DNA from: an uncultured Candidatus Saccharibacteria bacterium
Lineage (GTDB): Bacteria > Patescibacteriota > Saccharimonadia > Saccharimonadales > UBA4665
Direction of reading: 5' to 3'
DNA length: 64,000 bases
NCBI GenBank assembly: GCA_963749175.1
Contig: CAVVLM010000006.1
Coordinates: forward strand, 15,558-79,557
Below the pieces are notes generated by a model. The model did not search any database. It saw nothing but the letters and a program-made list of their open reading frames with translations, and was not told the origin of the DNA. Made by a program: the position numbers and the translations under genes. Each line of letters opens with the position of its first letter. Position 1 is the first letter of the stretch. This document shows positions 28,201 through 35,862 of the stretch, in pieces.

Positions 28201-30127
28201 AAGCAACCGCTAAGCCAATCATTGAAGCATAGGGCATGATTACGGTTGCTGTAGACCCGGGTATTAGGGTGTAGTTCACGCCGTCAGTCGACGTGGCAGC
28301 GCTTAGTATATCGCCTATGTCCTGGATTTCTAGGTAAATTGGTGGATTGCCGGGATTGGAATCGGTTTGAACTGTGGTCTTGCCATTGGGCGTGTTACGA
28401 TACTGCACGTTTATGCCATTGGGCGTTACGAATACCCCATAATACGGCGAGCCTGGCAGATTATTTTGCCTAATCATTATTCCCGTTTGGGCGCTAGCCG
28501 ATATACCCTGCTGGGATACCACTTGAGCGCTAATTTGGGCATCGCCAGAAGTTGTCTGACTCATTAATCTAAATGAATCACTGGCTCCAGCAATACCGTT
28601 GCCACCGACTGATATATTCCAAGTGCCACTACTAACGGTTTCGGAACCGGAGGGTAGCGGATTGCCAATATCCTGGCAAGTCCAACCGGTTGGGCAATTA
28701 GGATCAGGCGGTGGAGTTAATGGTCCAGTTGTCGGCATCGCCCAGGCATAAATCGTGCCAAAGGTATTGCCAGTTACTATAGTCCCCTCACCAATTGAAG
28801 GCGCGGCAAAGATCCAACTACCCGGTCCGGTATCGTAACTATAAAGCCGTTGGCCATTTGTCGCGTTTAGTACCTCCAAAGCACTGCCGCCGCCATCGAT
28901 AATCATACCGTTCATATAAGTAATGGCGCCAATCACCGGTCCGGTTAAGGCATGTTGCCAGATAACGTTACCGTTATTAGGATTCCAAGCTTGAACCGAT
29001 CCGCTAACACCAACGCCGTTAATAGTTGTCAATCCTCCCGCCTGGTAAATCGTACCGTTGGCAAAGGCTGCACTGGATACCGTGCTGTAACCGCAAGCGG
29101 CACAATCATTACCCACCGCAATTTGCTGTTGCCAAACCGGTCCAGCGGCTAAGTTAGACCGTAAAAAGGCATAGGTATTGCCATTTTTATTAGAGGCCAT
29201 CACGAGCTGACGGCCATTGCTGTCGCTAAACAACGTGGCTGAAGTCGTCCAGTCGGAATCGGCTACCACGTCGGCTTCCGGCAAGTGCCAGTAATCGACT
29301 ACTTGCATGGTATCAGGATCAATCGCCACAATTGCCTGGGCAAAGGTTTGAGTATCGGATTGCTCAGTGCCGGTTACGGCAAAAATCCGGTTAGTTGTCG
29401 GGTCATACGACGGCGATGTCCAGATGCCGCCGCCAACCTGGCCGTTAGGAACCATATTAAGCGTCGATACCACTGCGCCAGTACTAATATTTACTTTAAT
29501 CAGTTGGCCTTGGACTAACGGACAGTCACCCAAGCTGGCTACCCCGATATAGGCGTAGCCATTAAATATGAGCGGGCTGGACCAGTTATAATGTCCGCCA
29601 GCCGCACTGCTATCGCCGGTATATACGTCCCATAACACAGCCCCAGTAGTGGCATTTAGGGCGTACCAATAATTAGCTCCGCCACCGACATAAACCACTC
29701 CATTTAAAACTGTCGGTGCTGAGGATACACCGGCACTTTGCGGATTACAGTCTGATTCGCCAGTAGTGGTACCTAAATTATCACTCCAGAGAACTGCTCC
29801 AGTTTTCAGGTTAAAGGCGTATTCATTACCGTTCCAGGATCCAACATAAGCCACGCCGTTAACGATTGCCGGCTGCGAAGCAATTGGTGCGCCGGTTGCA
29901 TATGACCATTGCTCAACTAACTGGGAAACATTACTGGTTGAAAATGAGGTATCAGTGCTGGCGCCGGTACGGGAATTGTCGTGTAGCGAAGTTGTCCACT
30001 CGTCGGTCGTCGCTGACGCGTAGGCAGGTACCAGCACTATACTCAGGCCGAATAATACTAAAATTGATATTAATAATTTGGCTTTTAAACCATGCCCTAC
30101 CCATGAGCGAATCCTGCTTAAATACAT
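25268..30127 (-). CDS. giant secreted protein: signal peptide, PQQ-like beta-propeller, six tandem ConA-like/DUF1349-like lectin-type domains
   Basis: 1619 aa. Signal/anchor LLISILVLFGLSIVLVPAYASA. Propeller repeats (VYVGSWNGNEYAFNLKTGAVLW type). Six units of about 190 aa with the motif ...GGGNDIWG...DQFNYV...AWAKAGIMI.... Confidence 0.9.
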   Translation of the reverse strand: MYLSRIRSWVGHGLKAKLLISILVLFGLSIVLVPAYASATTDEWTTSLHDNSRTGASTDTSFSTSNVSQLVEQWSYATGAPIASQPAIVNGVAYVGSWNGNEYAFNLKTGAVLWSDNLGTTTGESDCNPQSAGVSSAPTVLNGVVYVGGGANYWYALNATTGAVLWDVYTGDSSAAGGHYNWSSPLIFNGYAYIGVASLGDCPLVQGQLIKVNISTGAVVSTLNMVPNGQVGGGIWTSPSYDPTTNRIFAVTGTEQSDTQTFAQAIVAIDPDTMQVVDYWHLPEADVVADSDWTTSATLFSDSNGRQLVMASNKNGNTYAFLRSNLAAGPVWQQQIAVGNDCAACGYSTVSSAAFANGTIYQAGGLTTINGVGVSGSVQAWNPNNGNVIWQHALTGPVIGAITYMNGMIIDGGGSALEVLNATNGQRLYSYDTGPGSWIFAAPSIGEGTIVTGNTFGTIYAWAMPTTGPLTPPPDPNCPTGWTCQDIGNPLPSGSETVSSGTWNISVGGNGIAGASDSFRLMSQTTSGDAQISAQVVSQQGISASAQTGIMIRQNNLPGSPYYGVFVTPNGINVQYRNTPNGKTTVQTDSNPGNPPIYLEIQDIGDILSAATSTDGVNYTLIPGSTATVIMPYASMIGLAVASGANGPTAGTATISNVVIGTPSNTPQDTPSSNACPSSWTCQDIGDPLLVGNQTLTGNNWTITGTGNGIEGTSDQFHYLSQPITGDTTATVRIDSQNNTSGSALTGLMMRASNSPNSAYYGAFTVPQNGGIMVESRTQAGLPANSVVSVSGSLPQYLQIVRSGDTFTAYTSSDGNNWRPIIGSSQTLSNLSGAITAGYAVTSANYGSPNATTADSLSVVAGAPPAPNICPASWICEDIGGNTLPAGSQYYVDGVYSLLGGGKDLYGPADDFHYEAQTMAGNGTITTEVTSQQNTDPWAKAGIMIRDNTNGAADPAAAYFAILATPGNGTVVQYRSTEGGSTQQLTGVSSGAPIWLQVVRSGNNFTAYTSADGVTWTVFPGTPITVVLPSTALAGLTDTSHSQFLTNTVTFANYSLVTPNPNLPSPWLDSDIGNPTPAGSASDSGGVFTISGGGNDIWGTPYFNLDQSHYVWQTLTGNGSIIGRVTAQSNTSAWAKAGLMIKQSNAANAPYALLAVTPSNGITFQSNFTNSTSGGAYTFPNAWLELSRAGNVITASTSTNGTTWTPIGTTSIDISGAVTIGLFVTAHNSGTLSTATIDNVSVTGGGSGSGLPSPWTDTDVGTPTPSGSATYNSGVFTINGGGNDIWGTPGGNLDQFNYVSQPFSGNENIIARVTSQTNSSAWAKAGIMIKQSTTAGSPYALLAVTPSNGITFQSNFTNSIGGGAYTFPNAWLELSLSGNTVTAYSSTNGTIWNEIGATTLNLAAPATIGLFVCSHNAGALSTATIDNVNITAGASLPSPWTDADVGNPTPAGSATYSSGVFTINGGGNDIWGTGGGNLDQFNYVSQPLVNGSETITARVSSQTNTSAWAKAGIMIKQSTTAGSPYALLAVTPGNGITFQYNFNGSVGGGNYTFPNGWLRLSITGGTVTAYSSANGNTWTTVGSTTLTLSSPATIGLFVCSHNAGALSTATMDNVSLTSP
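25271..28699 (-). repeat. six tandem ~550-575-bp coding repeats inside the giant gene
   Basis: Protein repeats R1-R6 start at aa 477. R4-R6 (25271..26941) are highly similar (LPSPW(T/L)D.D(V/I)G.PTP.GSA...), R1-R3 more diverged. Confidence 0.85.
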
Positions 30128-30378
30128 AATCCCCTTGTGCTAAATTCTTCCTCCACTCTCTATAAACCTTGACAATGGCTGTAGATTATAAGCAATAAGG
30201 AACAAATTATAAGTTAGATAGCTTACAGACTAAGCATTATCGGAATAATGAAGTAGTTATCTTTAAGAAACTAATAAAACCACTCGACAAAACGTAAACA
30301 GCTTATCGGGCATGTTGTATAATGTATAGCAATTGCAAACTTCAAAAACATCTATAAAAGAACAGGATTTGTTTTGCT

Positions 30379-31959
30379 ATGAGTAATTCAAGTAGCCAGG
30401 TAGCTACCTTGGAGCATGCCGGCGAACGCAGCCATCGTGAAATCATGGTCGTAATAACGGCTTTAATGCTGGCCATGCTGCTCGGTGCGCTTGATCAGAC
30501 GATTGTCTCGACTGCCCTGCCGCGAATTGTTACAGACCTGCACGGACTGAATCGCTTATCCTGGGTAGTAACTGCCTATCTGCTAACCAGCACAATCTCC
30601 ATGCCGCTTTATGGCAAGATTGGCGACATGTATGGCCGCAAGAAAATTTTCATGTTTAGTATTGTTATCTTCCTGACAGGTTCAGTACTTTGTGGACTAA
30701 GCCAAAACATGACTGAGCTTATTGGTTTTAGGGCCTTACAGGGTTTTGGGGCTGGCGGATTGATTACTCTAGCTCTAGCTATTATCGGTGACGTGGTACC
30801 AGCTCGGCGTCGAGGCCGTTATCAAGGCTACTTTGGCGCGGTTTTTGGTGTGGCAAGTATTGCCGGTCCACTGTTGGGCGGTTTCTTTACTGACAGTCTA
30901 TCTTGGCGCTGGATATTTTACATTAATTTACCGATTGGGCTACTAGCGCTGCTAGCTATTTGGTTTAGGCTGCACTTACCGGTGCGCCAAACCAAGCACA
31001 AAATTGACTTTATTGGCACAGCACTACTAACTACCAGTGTGGTCTGTTTACTACTGGTAACTGTACTAGGTGGCAATAGTTACGCCTGGGGATCATCTGT
31101 CATTATTGGTCTAATCATTGCCGGCTTAGTGTCACTCGGATTATTTATTCCATGGGAAGGCCATGTGCCCGAACCAATTCTACCGCTCCGTTTATTTAAG
31201 AACGATATTTTTACGGTCTCTGTCCTACTTAGCTTGGTAGTCGGTATTGCCATGTTCGGCGCCATAATCTTTTTGCCGGAATATCAACAAATTATCCGCG
31301 GCGTGTCGCCTACAAAATCGGGGCTAATGTTACTTCCGCTGGTTTTTGGCATGCTGGTTGCTTCAATTATTTCCGGTCGAATAATTTCCCACTGGGGTCG
31401 CTACCGGATATTCCCGATTTTTGGGTCGATCCTGGTAACGATTGGTTTCTATTTATTTAGCACCATTACTCTTAGTACTTCATATCTTCGATTATCGATT
31501 TGGATGGTGATTTTGGGTATTGGCATCGGCTCTTTCATGCAAGTAATGACGCTAGCTGTCCAAAACTCAGTCGATCGTAAAGACTTAGGCACCGCCACTT
31601 CGGCCACTACCTTTTTTAGAACTATGGGCAGCGCCTTCGGCACTTCACTATTTGGAGCAATCCTGGTTAATCGCTTAAGCCATAACCTTACAAAATTTGT
31701 ACCTCACGTGGCTGGTGCTCCGACAATTAATGCCAATGTAATTCAGAGCGGTACCGCTCAACTAGCTAAAGCGCCACCAGCCATCGTCCACGGTTTCTTT
31801 TTAGCCTTTGCCCATGCTTTCCATACTTTATATCTTTGGGGCATCCCATTGGCTTTTATTGCTATCTTGCTGGCTTTTATGCTTAAAGAAACACCTCTGG
31901 GGACTTCCACTAAAGAAGAAGCTGCCGGTGAAGCGCTTGAATTTAAAGAGAATATATAA
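30379..31959 (+). CDS. MFS transporter, DHA2 (EmrB/QacA, 14-TMS) drug:H+ antiporter family
   Basis: [38 protein letters not shown] and about 14 TM helices. Confidence 0.9.
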   Translation: MSNSSSQVATLEHAGERSHREIMVVITALMLAMLLGALDQTIVSTALPRIVTDLHGLNRLSWVVTAYLLTSTISMPLYGKIGDMYGRKKIFMFSIVIFLTGSVLCGLSQNMTELIGFRALQGFGAGGLITLALAIIGDVVPARRRGRYQGYFGAVFGVASIAGPLLGGFFTDSLSWRWIFYINLPIGLLALLAIWFRLHLPVRQTKHKIDFIGTALLTTSVVCLLLVTVLGGNSYAWGSSVIIGLIIAGLVSLGLFIPWEGHVPEPILPLRLFKNDIFTVSVLLSLVVGIAMFGAIIFLPEYQQIIRGVSPTKSGLMLLPLVFGMLVASIISGRIISHWGRYRIFPIFGSILVTIGFYLFSTITLSTSYLRLSIWMVILGIGIGSFMQVMTLAVQNSVDRKDLGTATSATTFFRTMGSAFGTSLFGAILVNRLSHNLTKFVPHVAGAPTINANVIQSGTAQLAKAPPAIVHGFFLAFAHAFHTLYLWGIPLAFIAILLAFMLKETPLGTSTKEEAAGEALEFKENI

Positions 31960-31981
31960 AATATCGAATTTAGAACTAATT

Positions 31982-32107
31982 CTACTGAAGGTTTTTTGGA
32001 ATTGGTCTGCAGGCACATTGTGCTTGATGCTCTAAGTGCCATTTCAAACGCTCTACTTTAGTGGCGTTCTTTGGTAGTTTATGCTTCTCGTGCCATATCT
32101 TATTCAT
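31982..32107 (-). CDS. small His/Cys-containing protein (41 aa, below ORF-track cutoff)
   Basis: Translation MNKIWHEKHKLPKNATKVERLKWHLEHQAQCACRPIPKNLQ. The WH..H..P.N......R..WH.EH...C.CR.IP pattern recalls a widespread small-protein family (from memory). Confidence 0.5.
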   Translation of the reverse strand: MNKIWHEKHKLPKNATKVERLKWHLEHQAQCACRPIPKNLQ

Positions 32108-32181
32108 ATGCCTATTGTACTCCCGTTCAGTTTATTGATGATTGTAAGTTGTACATATCATTTGGCTAAGGTTGAGGGATT

Positions 32182-32721
32182 CTATTCCAAACTCTTTACA
32201 AGGACATGAGCTGTGTCGCTGACAGGCTCATCCGAGTATGTTCCATCTGGATTACGTTTGAATACTTCGCCTTGAATAGAATCAACGTAAGAATAACCGA
32301 GGTCTTCTTTGTAGAGTCGTATGGCGCGGACATTATCCAGGCTAACCTGTAAAAAAACACTTGTAAATCCGCGTCTGGCAGCTTCAATATGCAGTTTTTC
32401 AATTAGTAGTCTGCCGATTCCCTGGCTACGGAACTGTTTACGTACTTCGACAAATGCGATGTTTGGCATATACCCTTCAGGTTTTAGCAGACCCTCGCTT
32501 TCAAGCATGCTACGGACAAGAGGGTTCCGAGGAGCAACCCAATTAATTCCTGCCTGCCCACGAGATTGATCGCCAACTTGAGCGACCAAAAAGTCGATCT
32601 GGCCGCTGGTTATTTCATTTGGTAAGTTTTCTGCAATATCAGGGTGCACATCAACCATACCGCATTCAAGATCATTCGCAATCGATTCGGCAGTTACGTA
32701 TCTTAACGAAAGCTCATTCAT
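32182..32721 (-). CDS. GNAT-family N-acetyltransferase
   Basis: VRKQFRSQGIGRLLIEKL (motif A), 179 aa. TAGAAT -10 box lies 6 nt from the ATG. Confidence 0.85.
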   Translation of the reverse strand: MNELSLRYVTAESIANDLECGMVDVHPDIAENLPNEITSGQIDFLVAQVGDQSRGQAGINWVAPRNPLVRSMLESEGLLKPEGYMPNIAFVEVRKQFRSQGIGRLLIEKLHIEAARRGFTSVFLQVSLDNVRAIRLYKEDLGYSYVDSIQGEVFKRNPDGTYSDEPVSDTAHVLVKSLE

Positions 32722-32802
32722 AAATATATTCTACCATATAATCAACTATAAGTCTAGTTTTAAATAGCTTTATCGTTGGCAGAATCGTATGAATTTATTC
32801 TT

Positions 32803-32826
32803 TGGCTGGGGTGAAAGGATTCGAAC
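32803..32826 (-). other. tRNA-Gln-like 3'-end fragment (T-loop to CCA)
   Basis: Minus strand GTTCGAATCCTTTCACCCCAGCCA. No T-stem 5' strand or acceptor 5' strand upstream, so not a tRNA gene. Confidence 0.6.
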
Positions 32827-32872
32827 TATAACAATATAATTGTTGAAAAATGTTAAATAATATTGTTATACT
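32827..32872 (+). promoter_or_regulatory. promoter with 10-bp inverted repeat (putative antitoxin operator); leaderless-type spacing
   Basis: TTGAAA (32843..32848)-18 nt-TATACT (32867..32872), 6 nt before ATG 32879. TATAACAATA (32827..32836) is the inverted repeat of TATTGTTATA (32861..32870). Confidence 0.5.
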
Positions 32873-32878
32873 TTCTAT

Positions 32879-33094
32879 ATGACAACACTTAGTATTTCAT
32901 TGGATGATAAGTTAAAGAAAGAAATAGAACGTTTCTCTAAAGAAGACGGCGTTTCTAAGAGTGTAGTGGTACGTAGATTACTTCAACGAGCTTCATGGGA
33001 ACGGACTTGGAATAACATGTCTGCCCAGTTACGCATTAAGCTAGACGAACTGAATCTTAGCTCCGCGGATGATGTAGAAAAATATCTGGGATGA
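32879..33094 (+). CDS. ribbon-helix-helix (CopG-like) antitoxin
   Basis: 71 aa; N-terminal TLSISLDDKLKKEIERFSKEDGVSKSVVVRRLL is RHH-like. ATGA overlap with the PIN gene. Confidence 0.8.
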   Translation: MTTLSISLDDKLKKEIERFSKEDGVSKSVVVRRLLQRASWERTWNNMSAQLRIKLDELNLSSADDVEKYLG

Positions 33095-33522
33095 AACCTC
33101 TTCGAGTTGTATTAGATACTAATATCTATATTGCGGCAGCTCTAAACCCCCAAAGCATACTTTATAACTTAGTTGAGGATTCAGCTGCACATTATCTAGC
33201 TGAATACTATACATCACACGAAATTCTCGCTGAATTACAAAGCAAACTAGAGAATCGATTTAAATTCGATAGAGCCGATGTAGTTCGCTGGATAAATCAA
33301 TTAGAACAAGTTATTAAAGTAGTACGCCCCCAATTAAAATTAAATGTTATAGAACGAGATCCTGACGATAACAAGGTATTAGAGTGTGCACTTGAGGCCA
33401 AAGTTGATCTCATAATTACTGCTGACAAGGATTTATTGGTTCTAAAAGAAATTAATGGTATAAAAATAATACATACAAACTCTATAAAATTTATATTTCC
33501 TCAACTCAAAAAACCCAGATAA
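33091..33522 (+). CDS. PIN-domain toxin (VapC-like)
   Basis: VVLDTNIYIAA near the N-terminus, ECALEAKVDLIITADKDLL near the C-terminus. 143 aa. Confidence 0.85.
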   Translation: MKPLRVVLDTNIYIAAALNPQSILYNLVEDSAAHYLAEYYTSHEILAELQSKLENRFKFDRADVVRWINQLEQVIKVVRPQLKLNVIERDPDDNKVLECALEAKVDLIITADKDLLVLKEINGIKIIHTNSIKFIFPQLKKPR

Positions 33523-33537
33523 TTAATTCATACATCT

Positions 33538-33561
33538 GGCTGGAGTGACAGGATTTGAACT
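33538..33561 (-). other. tRNA-Gln-like 3'-end fragment
   Basis: Minus strand GTTCAAATCCTGTCACTCCAGCCA, between the convergent PIN and Doc genes. Confidence 0.6.
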
Positions 33562-33573
33562 TCTAACCTAAAC

Positions 33574-33960
33574 TTAGTTTACTTCTACAATATGCTTTTT
33601 TAACCACTCAACAATTTGTGGAATATCGAGGTGTTTTGTAGCTATTTCCACAGTAAAGTTTTCAATTTCTCCAGTTTTGGCTGTGAAATTAATTCCGTTT
33701 AATTCTAAATAGACTAAACCAACAAGTATAGCAGTTCTTTTATTGCCATCAACAAACGGATGGTCAGCAATGATACCCCTTATCATAGCCGCTACTTTTA
33801 CAACTATCCCCGGATATAATTCTTCGTCAAAAACATTTTGGGTTTGTGTTGCAATTGCAGCTTCCAGTCTGCCGAGATCACGTAATCCAATATCGCCACC
33901 AGTCGCTTCGATTACTAGAGCATGTAGTTCAAGCAACTGCTCAAGAGTTAGATTTATCAT
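33574..33960 (-). CDS. doc: Fic/Doc-family toxin (death-on-curing type)
   Basis: HPFVDGNKRTA Fic motif in a 128-aa protein. ATGA overlap with the upstream antitoxin. Confidence 0.9.
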   Translation of the reverse strand: MINLTLEQLLELHALVIEATGGDIGLRDLGRLEAAIATQTQNVFDEELYPGIVVKVAAMIRGIIADHPFVDGNKRTAILVGLVYLELNGINFTAKTGEIENFTVEIATKHLDIPQIVEWLKKHIVEVN

Positions 33961-34175
33961 CTCGATGCTAAGTTATCAAAATCTTTCTTATATTTGTTAA
34001 TTATTTTTTTTGCAGAATCTATAACCCTTTGGTCACTACTTTTTTTGCGTAGAGGGCGAACAATTACTTCAACTTCATCGCCAAAAGCTATCTTTTGACG
34101 TTTTAGCTCTTTGGCTGGTATGGTTACACCACCGCTTGTACCTATTTTAATAATCTTTTGAATGCTTTGAATCAT
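33957..34175 (-). CDS. AbrB/MazE/SpoVT-type antitoxin (Phd-like partner of Doc)
   Basis: 72 aa; IIKIGTSGGVTIPAKELKRQKIAFGDEVEV is the swapped-hairpin AbrB-type fold signature. Confidence 0.8.
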   Translation of the reverse strand: MIQSIQKIIKIGTSGGVTIPAKELKRQKIAFGDEVEVIVRPLRKKSSDQRVIDSAKKIINKYKKDFDNLASR

Positions 34176-34182
34176 ACTAATT

Positions 34183-34212
34183 ATTATAATGTTATTGTAA
34201 TGATCATGTCAA
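34183..34212 (-). promoter_or_regulatory. consensus sigma70 promoter, leaderless-type
   Basis: Minus strand TTGACA (34212..34207)-18 nt-TATAAT (34188..34183), only 7 nt before ATG 34175 and with no RBS. Confidence 0.55.
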
Positions 34213-34238
34213 TAACTTATCTATGCTTACTGGGAATA

Positions 34239-34262
34239 TGGCTGAGGCGGTAGGATTCAAAC
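34239..34262 (-). other. tRNA-Gln-like 3'-end fragment
   Basis: Minus strand GTTTGAATCCTACCGCCTCAGCCA, 39 nt 3' of the cfa stop. Confidence 0.55.
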
Positions 34263-34300
34263 ATTGATTATTATTGAGTAAATATTTAAAGGTATAAAAG

Positions 34301-35413
34301 CTAACGGGCGGCTATATAAGTTTTCGATGGTGTAACTTTACGCATAACTAATTGGTAAAGTTGGATATGTCTAGCTCTAAACGCACCGGCACAAATGAGC
34401 AAGTAAAATTTCCACATCCGGTAAAAACGTTCATCATAAACGTCTTTGATTTCGTTATAGTGGGCATTAAAATTTTTATACCAAGCCAGCAGAGTTTTAT
34501 CATAATCCGGCCCTATATTTTGAACATCTTCAATGATCAAACGGTTTTCGACCGCATCGCTGATTTGAGACAATGCCGGTAAAACTCCACCTGGGAAAAT
34601 ATACTTACTGATCCAGGGGTCAATAAACTTACTAGGACTATTAGCTGAGATGGTGTGATGGAGCATGATGCCATCGTTGCTCAGCAGCCTATTACATATA
34701 TCAAAAAAATTCTTATAATTTTTTGATCCAACATGCTCTAACATACCGATTGAAGTAATTCGATCGTATTTACCGCTGATTTGACGGTAATCTTTCTGAA
34801 GAATATTTACTGTCAGTCCTTTTGTATTGGCTTTAGCTAGCTCAACCTGCTCGGAAGCTGGTGTTATACCAGTCACATGAACGCCATACTTGGTAGCGGC
34901 AAACTTAGCAAAACCTCCCCAGCCGCAACCGATATCAAGTAACTTCATGCCTCGTTTAAGCTCCAGTTTTTGGCAAATGAGATCCAGCTTATTTTCTTGA
35001 GCCTGATCAAGATTTTTAGCACCCTTCCAGTAGGCGCAGCTGTATATCATACGAGCCCCAAGCATTCTTTGATACAAATCGTTGCCAATATTATAATGAT
35101 GTTCTGCATTCTGACGAGCGCCTTTAATAGTCTGGGTCTTAAACTGTGATGGGATGGCAGCTAGAAGCAACATCGGACTAACTTTAACTTGTTTGCGAAT
35201 ATCTATACTTAGTAATCTTTCAATTAACTGATCGATACTCTTACAATTCCACCAGCCGTCCATGTATGACTCGCCTAGACCAAGCTCTCGGTAGCGCAAT
35301 ACTTTGCTATAGAAACGATTATCTAGAACATCAATATCTTGAGGCTTTGAACCTCCAACATCAATGCCCGCAACTTTCAGTAATTCCTTGACTCGTTTCT
35401 CCGTAGAGTTCAT
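34301..35413 (-). CDS. cfa: cyclopropane-fatty-acyl-phospholipid synthase
   Basis: HYNIGNDLYQRMLG..MIYSCAYW, LLDIGCGWGGFAKFAA (SAM motif I), TSIGMLEHVG. The ORF track starts at 35485; ATG 35413 (MNSTEKRV) gives 370 aa. Confidence 0.9.
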   Translation of the reverse strand: MNSTEKRVKELLKVAGIDVGGSKPQDIDVLDNRFYSKVLRYRELGLGESYMDGWWNCKSIDQLIERLLSIDIRKQVKVSPMLLLAAIPSQFKTQTIKGARQNAEHHYNIGNDLYQRMLGARMIYSCAYWKGAKNLDQAQENKLDLICQKLELKRGMKLLDIGCGWGGFAKFAATKYGVHVTGITPASEQVELAKANTKGLTVNILQKDYRQISGKYDRITSIGMLEHVGSKNYKNFFDICNRLLSNDGIMLHHTISANSPSKFIDPWISKYIFPGGVLPALSQISDAVENRLIIEDVQNIGPDYDKTLLAWYKNFNAHYNEIKDVYDERFYRMWKFYLLICAGAFRARHIQLYQLVMRKVTPSKTYIAAR

Positions 35414-35465
35414 TAAATAAAGTATATCAAAAAGATTTACTTCTCGATGGAATAATGGGATTTGT

Positions 35466-35750
35466 TTAATAGAAAAATTTAGCAATTACTATAATAAGCA
35501 CTATTAACCCAAGAGCTTTTCGAAATTTGTTTAATCCCGTTGTTAACTCCATAAAAGCCCAAACAAAAATAAAAGCAGTACTTAATTGTCGACTGCCGTT
35601 TTTATAATTACCCACGGGTAGTATTAATGCTAGAATCTCAAAAATAATCCAACCACTCAGGGCAATATTGGGCTTTTGCCAAATTACAATTCGGCCACTT
35701 TTATCTTTGCAGAAATAACCAACAGGATCTTTCTTAATATTAGATAACAC
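35466..35750 (-). CDS. small membrane protein
   Basis: 94 aa, GTG start, three hydrophobic helices. Confidence 0.55.
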   Translation of the reverse strand: MLSNIKKDPVGYFCKDKSGRIVIWQKPNIALSGWIIFEILALILPVGNYKNGSRQLSTAFIFVWAFMELTTGLNKFRKALGLIVLIIVIAKFFY

Positions 35751-35820
35751 ATATTAAGCATACGCTTAGATAACTATTATCTGAAATGAAGAGTAAATTC
35801 ATATAAGACTTCATTGCATT

Positions 35821-35843
35821 TGGCTGGAGCGGAGGGATTCGAA
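35821..35843 (-). other. tRNA-Gln-like 3'-end fragment
   Basis: Minus strand TTCGAATCCCTCCGCTCCAGCCA, 19 nt 3' of hammerhead 35863..35916. Confidence 0.55.
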
Positions 35844-35862
35844 ATTAATATAAGCCTTAACT

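Larger units (their letters stand above)
32803..35843. mobile_element. array of three cassettes delimited by four tRNA-Gln-like 3' fragments (putative serial integration scars)
   Basis: Fragments at 32803, 33538, 34239 and 35821 all share orientation. They bracket VapBC-like (736 bp), Phd/Doc-like (701 bp) and cfa plus membrane ORF (1582 bp) units. Confidence 0.35.

Noticed and set aside
25479-30129. About a dozen 60-93-aa plus-strand ORFs (and two minus-strand out-of-frame ORFs) inside the giant gene.
   Set aside because: They lie antisense to or out of frame with a continuous 1619-aa ORF that has clear domain structure. Their translations are low-complexity mirror images of the repeats. 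They are not separate genes.
31758-32042. Overlapping ORFs 31758..32042 (-), 31808..32035 (+) and 31828..32016 (-).
   Set aside because: They overlap the MFS gene 3' end or each other and give low-complexity translations. The 41-aa ORF 31982..32107 explains the interval better.
32803-35843. Classical integron cassette array.
   Set aside because: There is no IntI-type integrase or Pc/attI in the window. The boundary elements are tRNA 3'-end mimics rather than attC-type imperfect palindromes, and each cassette carries its own promoter. The idea is kept only as a loose analogy in the findings.
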